From Negativicutes bacterium (GTDB taxonomy: Bacteria > Bacillota > Negativicutes > UBA1444): a stretch of DNA of 64,000 nt. Positions 33,045 through 41,377 of this stretch are shown here, piece by piece. Every line of letters starts with the position of its first letter. The stretch's first letter is position 1. The notes beneath the pieces are model-generated. The model did no database searches, was not told where the DNA came from, and saw nothing but the letters and a program-made list of their open reading frames with translations. Location of the stretch: positions 320,001 through 384,000 of the forward strand of contig CAXXIN010000007.1 in the NCBI GenBank assembly GCA_963665275.2. Reading direction: 5' to 3'. Both the position numbers and the translations under genes were made by a program.

Positions 33045-33857
33045 ATGGGAACATCAGCATCACATAACGGACCGAAGCCTGGCGTTTCATTTGACCCTTC
33101 GTGGTTAGATGACATTGATAATCCAGAGGCACCTACGGCACCTACGCAGAATCCTCAGACAGCACCTGCAGTGCCACTACTCGCCCCCTCGGCACGATTT
33201 GGGAGTGCTCGCCGCAGCATGGGCGATTACATAAGGAGCGGCAACCGAGAGTCTTTAACGAAATCGCTGGGACATTACTCGCGTACTGGTATGGGAGGTT
33301 CACGAAACGTAGCAAACCGTATGCGCCATTCCGCGAGTGTTGCATCCAAACTGTATTCATCATTTAGTTCACTTCGAGAGAGCAATGAACCCACAATAAG
33401 CAGCATCATCAGTAATTACAGGTCGGCAAATGTTGATGTGTATGGGCTAATTGACGCGATTGCAGAGTACATTTGCAGCGACGGAGGAAGTTTAGATGAG
33501 ACGTCCCCAAGAGATTCTGTTTCTTCGGCATTGAGTGACTTGTTTGACAAAAATCCCGATGTTGAATTAACTGCACTTTCAGACGATAGCGTTTGGTCAT
33601 TAGTTTCGTCTTTCCTCAGTTACGAAGCTTTCAGCAGAATTCAACTCGATATTGGCCAAGGGTTTGAAACAAAGGATATTTCTCTTACCGACCGCGTAAC
33701 GAGGCTTAACGATATGCGCGAGTATTTAGAGGCTGAAATTAGTTCTCAAATAGGAGTTATCCGTAACGAAATAGGAAACAAACCGCCGTCAGACCTACAC
33801 AAAGTTATGATGACAGCAATAGAAAGGACATTCAAAGTATTCGAGGTGACAGTATGA
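33045..33857 (+). CDS. qatB: QatB anti-phage system protein
   Basis: MGTS N-terminus, RFGSARR, SLGHYSRTGMGG; lies between qatA and qatC. Confidence 0.88.
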   Translation: MGTSASHNGPKPGVSFDPSWLDDIDNPEAPTAPTQNPQTAPAVPLLAPSARFGSARRSMGDYIRSGNRESLTKSLGHYSRTGMGGSRNVANRMRHSASVASKLYSSFSSLRESNEPTISSIISNYRSANVDVYGLIDAIAEYICSDGGSLDETSPRDSVSSALSDLFDKNPDVELTALSDDSVWSLVSSFLSYEAFSRIQLDIGQGFETKDISLTDRVTRLNDMREYLEAEISSQIGVIRNEIGNKPPSDLHKVMMTAIERTFKVFEVTV

Positions 33858-35119
33858 GAAAGATAATCTGTTATCCACACTCCTCAGTCCCAGCCCATTT
33901 TGACAGTGATATTGACTACTTTGAACTATTTTCACATACAGAAGAATCCGCAATGAATATCAGATCATTGGGGCTTTCACTACCCGACGACCTTAAAAAG
34001 TATGGAATTGCACCACCCATTGCGGCGGTTGATTTTGCTGCATTTGCATTTTCCGTGGTTGCTTCGGACAAGTTGGTTCCGAGATCTGACAGTCCAGATG
34101 GATGGACAAGGATGATAGACCTAACCATCTTTCTGTCCGAACCTGAAAAATGGATGTCGCTAAAAACAAAAATCGAGAAAATGCTTAGGTTTCTCACAGG
34201 GGATTTCTGGACGCTAACGTTCCAACTCGCAGAAGCCCCGGCGATTCTAATTGCACACGAACCGCTCCAACGTAAGAATGATTGTGTTTGTTTGCTTTCA
34301 GGCGGCGTGGATAGTTTGGTTGGTGCTATAGACTTGTTATCCGGGAAGCGAAATCCTCTATTCGTGTCGCAGATTATCAGGGGAGATGCAGATCGACAGC
34401 GGAATTTTGCCAACCGTTTTGGCGAGCATAACCACTGTCAATGGAGCATTGGAAGACTCAAAGGGAGAGAGGGGTCAACTCGTGCCCGTTCCATTGCATT
34501 TTTCGCTTTTGCACTCTTGACGTCCTCTGCAATTTCGATATCAGACGGATTTACAGAAATTGTTGTGCCAGAGAATGGCTTCATCAGCTTGAATGTGCCG
34601 TTAGATTCTAATCGCATTGGGAGCTTAAGCACAAAGACAACCCATCCTGTTTATATGGCTCTGCTGCAAGAAATCTGGGATGCGCTTGGGATTAAAGCAA
34701 AATTAATTTTGCCTTATAAGTACAAGACCAAAGGTGAAGTTCTTAAAGAATGTAAGGATAGGCGGCTGTTGGAAGAATTGGTTTTTGAAACGAATAGTTG
34801 CGGCAAATTTCAACGCCATGGACTTAGGCACTGCGGTGTATGTGTGCCTTGTCTTGTACGTAGAGCGGCGTTTTTAGAAGCCGGTCTTCAAGACATTACT
34901 CAAAAGGGTTATCACCACGATGATATCAGTAAGTCCAATTCTAAAGATTTGGCTGCAGTCGCATTAGCGGTTAAGCAGGTTGATCTTTCGGGTATAAATA
35001 GGTTTGTTAAGGGGAATCTATCATTTGCTGAGTCCATTGACCGGAACGCTTATTTGGGAGTAGTTGCGCGAGGTATCGGTGAACTTGAAAAGCTACTGAG
35101 AAGTTACAAGATAGTATGA
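33854..35119 (+). CDS. qatC: QatC, QueC-like protein
   Basis: LLSGGVDS, RARS, PENGFISLN, STKTTHP, KTKGE, HCGVCVPCLVRR. Confidence 0.93.
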   Translation: MRKIICYPHSSVPAHFDSDIDYFELFSHTEESAMNIRSLGLSLPDDLKKYGIAPPIAAVDFAAFAFSVVASDKLVPRSDSPDGWTRMIDLTIFLSEPEKWMSLKTKIEKMLRFLTGDFWTLTFQLAEAPAILIAHEPLQRKNDCVCLLSGGVDSLVGAIDLLSGKRNPLFVSQIIRGDADRQRNFANRFGEHNHCQWSIGRLKGREGSTRARSIAFFAFALLTSSAISISDGFTEIVVPENGFISLNVPLDSNRIGSLSTKTTHPVYMALLQEIWDALGIKAKLILPYKYKTKGEVLKECKDRRLLEELVFETNSCGKFQRHGLRHCGVCVPCLVRRAAFLEAGLQDITQKGYHHDDISKSNSKDLAAVALAVKQVDLSGINRFVKGNLSFAESIDRNAYLGVVARGIGELEKLLRSYKIV

Positions 35120-35847
35120 TTGATTTTCACTGTCACCTTGATTTGTATAAAGACCCAATTTCGATACTCCCAGAAGTCAAGAGGCGTTGTACATATGTGC
35201 TAGCCGTTACCACCAGTCCACGCGCTTGGCAAAAGGCAAAGCAAGTATTTGCAGGAGTTGATTGTATTCAGGTAGCGCTGGGACTACATCCCGAAGTTCT
35301 TTCATCGAAAATGAATGAGATAGACATGCTACTATCAAACATTCGCCATTGCAAGTATATTGGGGAGGTCGGGATAGACGGTTCTGGACAATATAAGACT
35401 TCGTACCAAGCACAAAAGGATTTATTCAGAGAAATTGCTCGAACCGCTGAAAAATGTGGTGGAAGAATAATTAGTATACATTCAAGAAATGCGGTAAAAG
35501 ACGTTCTGGACATTATCGAGGGCGATGTAGTAACCAGCGTGCCCGTTCTTCACTGGTTCTCAGGTACTATGGAAGAACTTGAACGCGCAAATGCGCTTGG
35601 TTGTTGGTTTAGCGTTAGCCCTGCAATGCTTTCAGGAAATAAAGGCAAAAGGCTCGTCTCTAAAATGCCGCTTTCGCGAATTCTGCCCGAAACCGATGCG
35701 CCATTTACTGAAAAATGTGGAGTTCCTTATATGCCATGGGAAGCCTATGAAATAATTGATACGCTTAAAGATTTTTTTCGTCTCGATACCGAACAAATTA
35801 AAAATGAATTGCTTTCCAATGCTAAACAGTTTATAAATTGTCGGTAA
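35116..35847 (+). CDS. qatD: QatD, TatD-family nuclease
   Basis: IDFHCHLDLY, LGLHP, IGEVGIDG, SIHSR, LHWFSG, ETDAPF. Confidence 0.93.
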   Translation: MIDFHCHLDLYKDPISILPEVKRRCTYVLAVTTSPRAWQKAKQVFAGVDCIQVALGLHPEVLSSKMNEIDMLLSNIRHCKYIGEVGIDGSGQYKTSYQAQKDLFREIARTAEKCGGRIISIHSRNAVKDVLDIIEGDVVTSVPVLHWFSGTMEELERANALGCWFSVSPAMLSGNKGKRLVSKMPLSRILPETDAPFTEKCGVPYMPWEAYEIIDTLKDFFRLDTEQIKNELLSNAKQFINCR

Positions 35848-35992
35848 TATTGGAGTGTTCTGGCGCATTGAAGGTTGGCAGAAGCTATCTCTGATATATT
35901 GCAGGCGCGTGGATTGACAGAACGCTGACTGCTTCAAATCGCAATGAAATCATAGCTGTCCGTAGCTTTGGAGCAAAAGAGGTAATTATTTT

Positions 35993-36898
35993 ATGACGCT
36001 TACTAACCAATTTCAAAATGAGGTTGCCAGAAAACTTACAGAATTATTTGGTGGTTATATTTCCGAAATCAAGCATTCGGATGTTTGGATTAGTAGTAAT
36101 GAGCTATTTGGAGCAAATCAACTAATCCGAAGACAGTATAATGATATTAACGAATTATTAGAAGTGAACGCGATCGACCTACAATGCGAGGATGATACAA
36201 CCAGATTATTTATTTGCCACAAATTAATTCACTTGGAGATCGATAATATAAGGGAGAATAAAAGAATGCGAGTTGCTCCTCCTTTTAAGATCTTAGAGTG
36301 TGTTTCGGAATCATGTAGTAGGTATTTCGATAACGATGCCGCCCTAGTTTACCCTGGACATATTAATGGTCAACCGATTTATAGCCCAGTAGTAGATTTA
36401 GCGATTGCTCCAACAATCAAGTATCGACAACATACTCAACCAATAGGGATTTATCCATTATATAATGGTCGGAATATCTTTGGGCTTTTGGATAAACTTT
36501 CTTTTATTCAGGGGCTAAAAAGAAAACTGGATGAACATTGTATAGCAAACTATAATCGAATCGGATTGCGTTATGATAATATCGAACATAATTATAGACC
36601 CCTATGCCTTTTTGCATTAGAAATTGAAAATCAAATTAACAAGAAGCATCTAATGGGAGACTTTATGAACAGTTTACTATTAGCTAGGCACCCAGTTGTG
36701 TTGGTTCCTGAAAACAAACTTGATGATTGTTTGGAACTTGTTAATCTTAGTAAAATAATTTCTGATATTAAGCAGGTCAATATTTATGATTTGCTGCGGA
36801 GAGTTATTATTTTATCAATACCTCAGTTTCGTCAATCTGTTGACCAGCTTCTAAACGAACGAGGGATAAGTTGTTTGGGGATACAAGATTTTCGATAA
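35993..36898 (+). CDS. hypothetical protein, possible PD-(D/E)xK-type nuclease
   Basis: SPVVDLAIAP...FALEIENQINKKHLMGD motif arrangement; AAGAGGT RBS; very AT-rich. Confidence 0.55.
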   Translation: MTLTNQFQNEVARKLTELFGGYISEIKHSDVWISSNELFGANQLIRRQYNDINELLEVNAIDLQCEDDTTRLFICHKLIHLEIDNIRENKRMRVAPPFKILECVSESCSRYFDNDAALVYPGHINGQPIYSPVVDLAIAPTIKYRQHTQPIGIYPLYNGRNIFGLLDKLSFIQGLKRKLDEHCIANYNRIGLRYDNIEHNYRPLCLFALEIENQINKKHLMGDFMNSLLLARHPVVLVPENKLDDCLELVNLSKIISDIKQVNIYDLLRRVIILSIPQFRQSVDQLLNERGISCLGIQDFR

Positions 36899-37175
36899 AA
36901 TAGTTAAATAAAATTTGTGATACGCAATGTTGCTGATTGGCCTATGCAATCCCTGTCCAATGACGTTGAGTGCAATTTTCCAAAGCATAAATTGCCATCA
37001 ATCGACGAACTTAAGATATCGCTAAAATAAATGGGTGGATTTTCCCGATCACGCCTCGCCTCCACCACTGAATTGAGGTAATATGAGTGTCCATACGTCG
37101 CTTGGGGTCGATAAAAACAGAACATGACAGTTAAGACAATTCCCTGTGAGAGCAATGTACGCGAGAGGTGATAAA

Positions 37176-37571
37176 ATGGATTTAATGATTTTTTCTGGCA
37201 TAGGCTTTATTACCTTTGTAACAGGACTATTATTGCTGAAGAGGGAAATCGGATTATTCAAAAATGTTGTTACTACTAAAGCAACTGTTGTCAGATATAA
37301 TGAGTATCCGAATATAAATAGACTTACCATGTATACCATGGTTGCTGAATATGAGCTAATGGATGGAAAAATCATCCAAGCACCAGAGCAGTCAGGATGC
37401 ACTCGACGAAAATACGCAATAGGAACTGAAATTCAGATCGGATATAGTCAAGAGAAGCCAGAGCTGTTTACTGTCAAAAATGATTATTCTAGAAAAGCTG
37501 CTATGGCGGGAATGAGCATTGTAGGCTTAGCAATGTTTATATTTGGCGTGTTTAGAGGAAAGCAGTTATAG
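37176..37571 (+). CDS. DUF3592-like membrane protein
   Basis: TM, beta region (TTKATVV...YAIGTEIQIGY), TM; GAGGTG RBS. Confidence 0.7.
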   Translation: MDLMIFSGIGFITFVTGLLLLKREIGLFKNVVTTKATVVRYNEYPNINRLTMYTMVAEYELMDGKIIQAPEQSGCTRRKYAIGTEIQIGYSQEKPELFTVKNDYSRKAAMAGMSIVGLAMFIFGVFRGKQL

Positions 37572-37598
37572 TCAGTATTACGTAAATGAGGTGACAAT

Positions 37599-37778
37599 AT
37601 GATTAGTTTATTGCGCGGGCTACGCTGGTTGGTATGTCTGGGGTATCTGTTAATAGTTTTTGCTATTCTAAACTTTTTGCCTTCCGACGCTATGGAGTTT
37701 GCCCTAATATTATTTGTCATCGTTGGTTTTTGTGGTTATCGAATGCTTTTTGTTGGTGATGGTACCAGCATCTTTTGA
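37599..37778 (+). CDS. small two-TM membrane protein (59 aa, missing from the ORF track)
   Basis: MISLLRGLRWLVCLGYLLIVFAILNFLPSDAMEFALILFVIVGFCGYRMLFVGDGTSIF with GAGGTG RBS. Confidence 0.55.
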   Translation: MISLLRGLRWLVCLGYLLIVFAILNFLPSDAMEFALILFVIVGFCGYRMLFVGDGTSIF

Positions 37779-37952
37779 CGGCTAAATATAAAAAGTAACC
37801 ATTCAACTGAAAACGAATGAGTATTAAAAAAACTCCTTTCATTTTCCTCTTATTTATGTTATTACTATATTGAATCGGAGTGAGAAATTCCGCCAATGGA
37901 CTGCTGTTCCGAGAATCCAGAAACGGTATTTAGGAAAGGGGCTGAATCTTAT

Positions 37953-38720
37953 ATGGAATCTACAAACTTTACAAATAATAATCCAGAAAATAAAGGTGTA
38001 GCAAAAACAATTATTTTAAGTTTATCGCTATTGCTGGGTCTTTGTTTGTTAGGTTTTTTTATTTTCCAAGGGCTAAAAACTTTTAGCGACAAAGACCGTG
38101 TAGTAACCGTAAAAGGATTAGCTGAAATGGATATGAAGGCAACTTCCGTGACGATGGCCTTAACTTTTTCGCTTTCGGGCGATGATTTTCAGAATATAAT
38201 TAAGCAAACGGAAAACAAGAAAAGCGCCATCATTGATTATTTAACAAGTATTGGATACAACAAAAATGACATTACAATAAGCCATCTCGATGTAACCGAC
38301 CGACAAAAATATTACGAAACCCGCACGCAAAATGGATTACAGGTACAAGTAAAAATAGACCGCTATACCGTTGGGCAAACCCTGACAGTTAAAGCGAAAG
38401 ACGTAGAAACGATAGAAAATAAAGCAGCGCAAATAAACTTGGATTTGGTTACCAAAGATTTAACATCGAATGTAAAGACTGTCTATACTTATCCTGAATT
38501 AAATTCGATAAAGCCGCAATTAATCGCTGAAAGCACCAAAAACGCACGCATCGCCGGCCAGCAATTTGCAGACGATTCGCAAGCAAAATTAGGCAAAATA
38601 AAAACTGCTTCGCAAGGACAAATTTCTCTCTCTGAATATTATCCCAATAATGAAGGCGGCGGAAAACAAAAAGTTCAAAAAGCCAGAGTAGTTAGCGAGA
38701 TCGTTTTTTTCTTAGAATAA
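37953..38720 (+). CDS. SIMPL (DUF541) domain protein
   Basis: TM followed by DRVVTVKGLAE...KPQLIAESTKNAR...LGKIKTASQGQ. Confidence 0.85.
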   Translation: MESTNFTNNNPENKGVAKTIILSLSLLLGLCLLGFFIFQGLKTFSDKDRVVTVKGLAEMDMKATSVTMALTFSLSGDDFQNIIKQTENKKSAIIDYLTSIGYNKNDITISHLDVTDRQKYYETRTQNGLQVQVKIDRYTVGQTLTVKAKDVETIENKAAQINLDLVTKDLTSNVKTVYTYPELNSIKPQLIAESTKNARIAGQQFADDSQAKLGKIKTASQGQISLSEYYPNNEGGGKQKVQKARVVSEIVFFLE

Positions 38721-38729
38721 CAAATGCCC

Positions 38730-38770
38730 AACTACTAAGAGCCCGCGAAATTCGCGGGCTCTTAGTAGTT
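38730..38770. repeat. perfect 41-bp palindrome sharing the tmRNA-terminator core
   Basis: AACTACTAAGAGCCCGCGAA-A-TTCGCGGGCTCTTAGTAGTT between convergent genes. Confidence 0.85.
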
Positions 38771-38776
38771 TGTAGA

Positions 38777-39502
38777 TTAGATGACCTTGGCAATCAGTTG
38801 AATGAGATTAAAATACTGTCCGTTTTCAGCTTTCATCATTTCTATGTCTCCCGCCACAACGGGATGGTATGCGGAGAGCCATTCATCCCACGCCTGTTTG
38901 CAGCAGGCCATTTCGCGGACATCAACCAGTTCAACGCCCGCCTCCCTTTCCCATAGCTCCTTCCACCAGTCAAGAGAGCGTATGGTTCTTGCGATCTCGT
39001 CATTCCAAAACGGTCGCATTTCCTCCGGGACATTTTCCCCAAACTCATATTTTAAGCCGGGAATCGCCACGGCGACATAGCCGCCTTTTTTTATGTGAGG
39101 AATGATCGCTGGGAGCATTTCCGCCGTATCGCCGAAATAATGATAAGCATCCACGCTAAACAACAGGTCAAAATATCCGTTTGCAAACGGCAGCCCCTTG
39201 GTCGCGTCTACGGAAATAGGCACTGCCTTGTCAGCAATCCCGATCGATTGGAACCTTCCATAATTCTCGGTCGGTGAAATCCAAAGATCGGCGGCGAAAA
39301 CAGACGCACCGTATTTTTTTGTCAAGAGCAGCGTGGAAAGACCGCACCCGCAGCCGAGGTCAAGTATCCGCGACTTCTCATTGATGTCGAGGTATGACGC
39401 CAATTCCTCGGATACCCGCATGGCATTCGGCCCCATCATAGTGGCTTTCAAAAACTCCAGGTTGTTATGATCAGAAATGAATTGGTTTGTAAATGTATAC
39501 AT
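38777..39502 (-). CDS. class I SAM-dependent methyltransferase
   Basis: MMGPN, ILDLGCGCGLS, AADLW, LPFANGYFD, DAYHYFG. Confidence 0.9.
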   Translation of the reverse strand: MYTFTNQFISDHNNLEFLKATMMGPNAMRVSEELASYLDINEKSRILDLGCGCGLSTLLLTKKYGASVFAADLWISPTENYGRFQSIGIADKAVPISVDATKGLPFANGYFDLLFSVDAYHYFGDTAEMLPAIIPHIKKGGYVAVAIPGLKYEFGENVPEEMRPFWNDEIARTIRSLDWWKELWEREAGVELVDVREMACCKQAWDEWLSAYHPVVAGDIEMMKAENGQYFNLIQLIAKVI

Positions 39503-39749
39503 AGTGAATCTTCCTTTCTGTTTTAGCCTTACAGAAAGACAATAAAAAAGCGCAGCATTATTCTACTGCGCTACAAATTACACCATTAAGATGGGTGTGT
39601 GTTCAATCTGTAAGGCAGTTTATGGTAACACAAATAAAGCAGTCCAACTGCTCGTTTTATGTCCGTAACCTAAACTCTTACAGAACGACCGACATCAACT
39701 CACTCCTTCTTTCGTGAACGACTATATCATGAGATTATGAATTTTTCAA
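39503..39749 (-). promoter_or_regulatory. promoter plus uORF-containing attenuator leader
   Basis: TTGAAA-17-TATAGT; uORF MSVVL* at 39695-39678 behind AAGGAGTG; terminator at 39572-39544; alternative TCTGTAAG/CTTACAGA pairings. Confidence 0.75.
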
Positions 39750-39809
39750 GTGCAATAATACTACATTCACTTATCCAAAACAATGAAACTTTTCTATGGA
39801 GTTAGCGAA

Positions 39810-40262
39810 TTAATAGATAATATGAATGCTGCCATCCTTAAATATTTCTATCTCATTATAGCTATTCTTGATTTTCTTCTCAGTAGCACTATCCACAGTG
39901 GAGATATCGACAAACCCATAAATAATAGCGCAATAATTATTAAAGTTCCCCATATTGTTAATTCCAAAGTAATAATGAATATCATTCTTTTTGCCGTTAG
40001 GCGCCAACTTTAAGCCGTGCTTCTTCAGCCATTCGACAGTTTCCTCATGACTCTTAAGCCCGTTTGTAAGGTAGGCGATTACGTGACGATCTGTGCCGGC
40101 GTGCCCCACTTTAAAGTGGTCCAAACATTCCTGGCAAATGCCTTTTTCTCCAACGAAAGCGTATGCGACAGGTTTATCTTCATAACAATAAAAGCAGGTA
40201 CCATTATTGTGGCGGCGCCACTTATAAACATCTTCGTATAGTTCTTTCTTCCGAAATGGCAT
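39810..40262 (-). CDS. hypothetical protein with CxxC...CxxC
   Basis: 150-aa ORF, AAGGAG RBS, CFYC and CQEC. Confidence 0.7.
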   Translation of the reverse strand: MPFRKKELYEDVYKWRRHNNGTCFYCYEDKPVAYAFVGEKGICQECLDHFKVGHAGTDRHVIAYLTNGLKSHEETVEWLKKHGLKLAPNGKKNDIHYYFGINNMGNFNNYCAIIYGFVDISTVDSATEKKIKNSYNEIEIFKDGSIHIIY

Positions 40263-40334
40263 ATATTAATTCTCCTTACTCTATTTTTCATAGTATACCT
40301 TAGTATATCTGGTTAGCAATGTCCTCTACGAGTT

Positions 40335-41108
40335 TTATATTCTGATGTCACCAACGGAATACAATGTTGCATAACCGCCCAGGGACACCCGGTCACCTTC
40401 TTGCCTGCAATATAGCGTACCGCCACGCGGCGATGCTTGCCTGGCTACTAGAGCCGTCTTGCCGAGCCTGTTGGCCCAAAAGGGAATGATATGGCAATGA
40501 CCGGAACCACATACCGGGTCTTCCGAGATGCCACATTTCGGAGCAAAGGTACGTGATACACAATCATATTCGGTTCCTTTTGCAGAAAAGTGAACCAACA
40601 ATCCGTCCAATTCCTTTACCTTGTCCAGATTCGGATTTGCTCCAAAAACCTGACTCTCATCTTCCATGATACACAGCAAATCTCGCCCCAAATAGGCCTC
40701 TATCGGACGGACATTCAGTGCTTCGGCAATGACATCGGTGACAGGAACCTGTTGCAACTTATAGCTGGGGAAATCCATCTCATACAACTCACCCTTTTTC
40801 GTTACAACTAGTTGGCCGCTCAACGTAGTGAAATGAATTGAAGATATATTCGTTTCCACGAAATTGGCAATTGCATATGCCGTTGCCAAGGTCGCATGAC
40901 CGCACAAATCGATTTCACCGCCCGGAGTAAACCAGCGCAAATGATATCTATTGCCTTCCTTTACCGCAAAAGCCGTTTCAGAGAGATTGTTTTCCATGGC
41001 TATCTTTTGCATCAAGTCGGCAGATAACCACTTTTCCATGATGCACACTGCCGCAGGATTTCCTTCAAAGATTTGTTTGGCAAAAGCATCCACTACATAA
41101 TATTTCAC
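40335..41108 (-). CDS. PhzF-family isomerase
   Basis: VDAF...GNPAAV, NLSETAF, DLCGHATLA, EDPVCGS. Confidence 0.93.
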   Translation of the reverse strand: MKYYVVDAFAKQIFEGNPAAVCIMEKWLSADLMQKIAMENNLSETAFAVKEGNRYHLRWFTPGGEIDLCGHATLATAYAIANFVETNISSIHFTTLSGQLVVTKKGELYEMDFPSYKLQQVPVTDVIAEALNVRPIEAYLGRDLLCIMEDESQVFGANPNLDKVKELDGLLVHFSAKGTEYDCVSRTFAPKCGISEDPVCGSGHCHIIPFWANRLGKTALVARQASPRGGTLYCRQEGDRVSLGGYATLYSVGDIRI

Positions 41109-41377
41109 AATGAGTCCTCCCCAGTATAATTATGTTGCTCCAATTATAGAATTGCGCGCATTACATTGCAATAGAATGCGGCTAACGCTCTTGTTCTAAG
41201 CCGAACGGTTAAATCAATATGTTCATGTTTTTCTATTTATTAGAAGGAATAGCACTTCCAATGTTTAATTACTTTACTCATGACAATTATTTCATGTGGA
41301 ATCCTGGATCTAGTTACGGAAAGAAGGATGGTTAAATCGGGAATTTTTAGACATAACAACTATTTGGGGAGGGATGT

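Larger units (their letters stand above)
30846..37067. mobile_element. tmRNA-anchored defence islet without an integrase
   Basis: 14-bp direct repeat CCTCGCCTCCACCA at 30846-30859 (tmRNA 3' end) and 37054-37067; visibly AT-richer cargo. Confidence 0.72.

Noticed and set aside
37100-41150. Integron-like cassette array of small genes
   Set aside because: Mixed orientations, no attC-like RYYYAAC...GTTRRRY pattern recognised, and no IntI.
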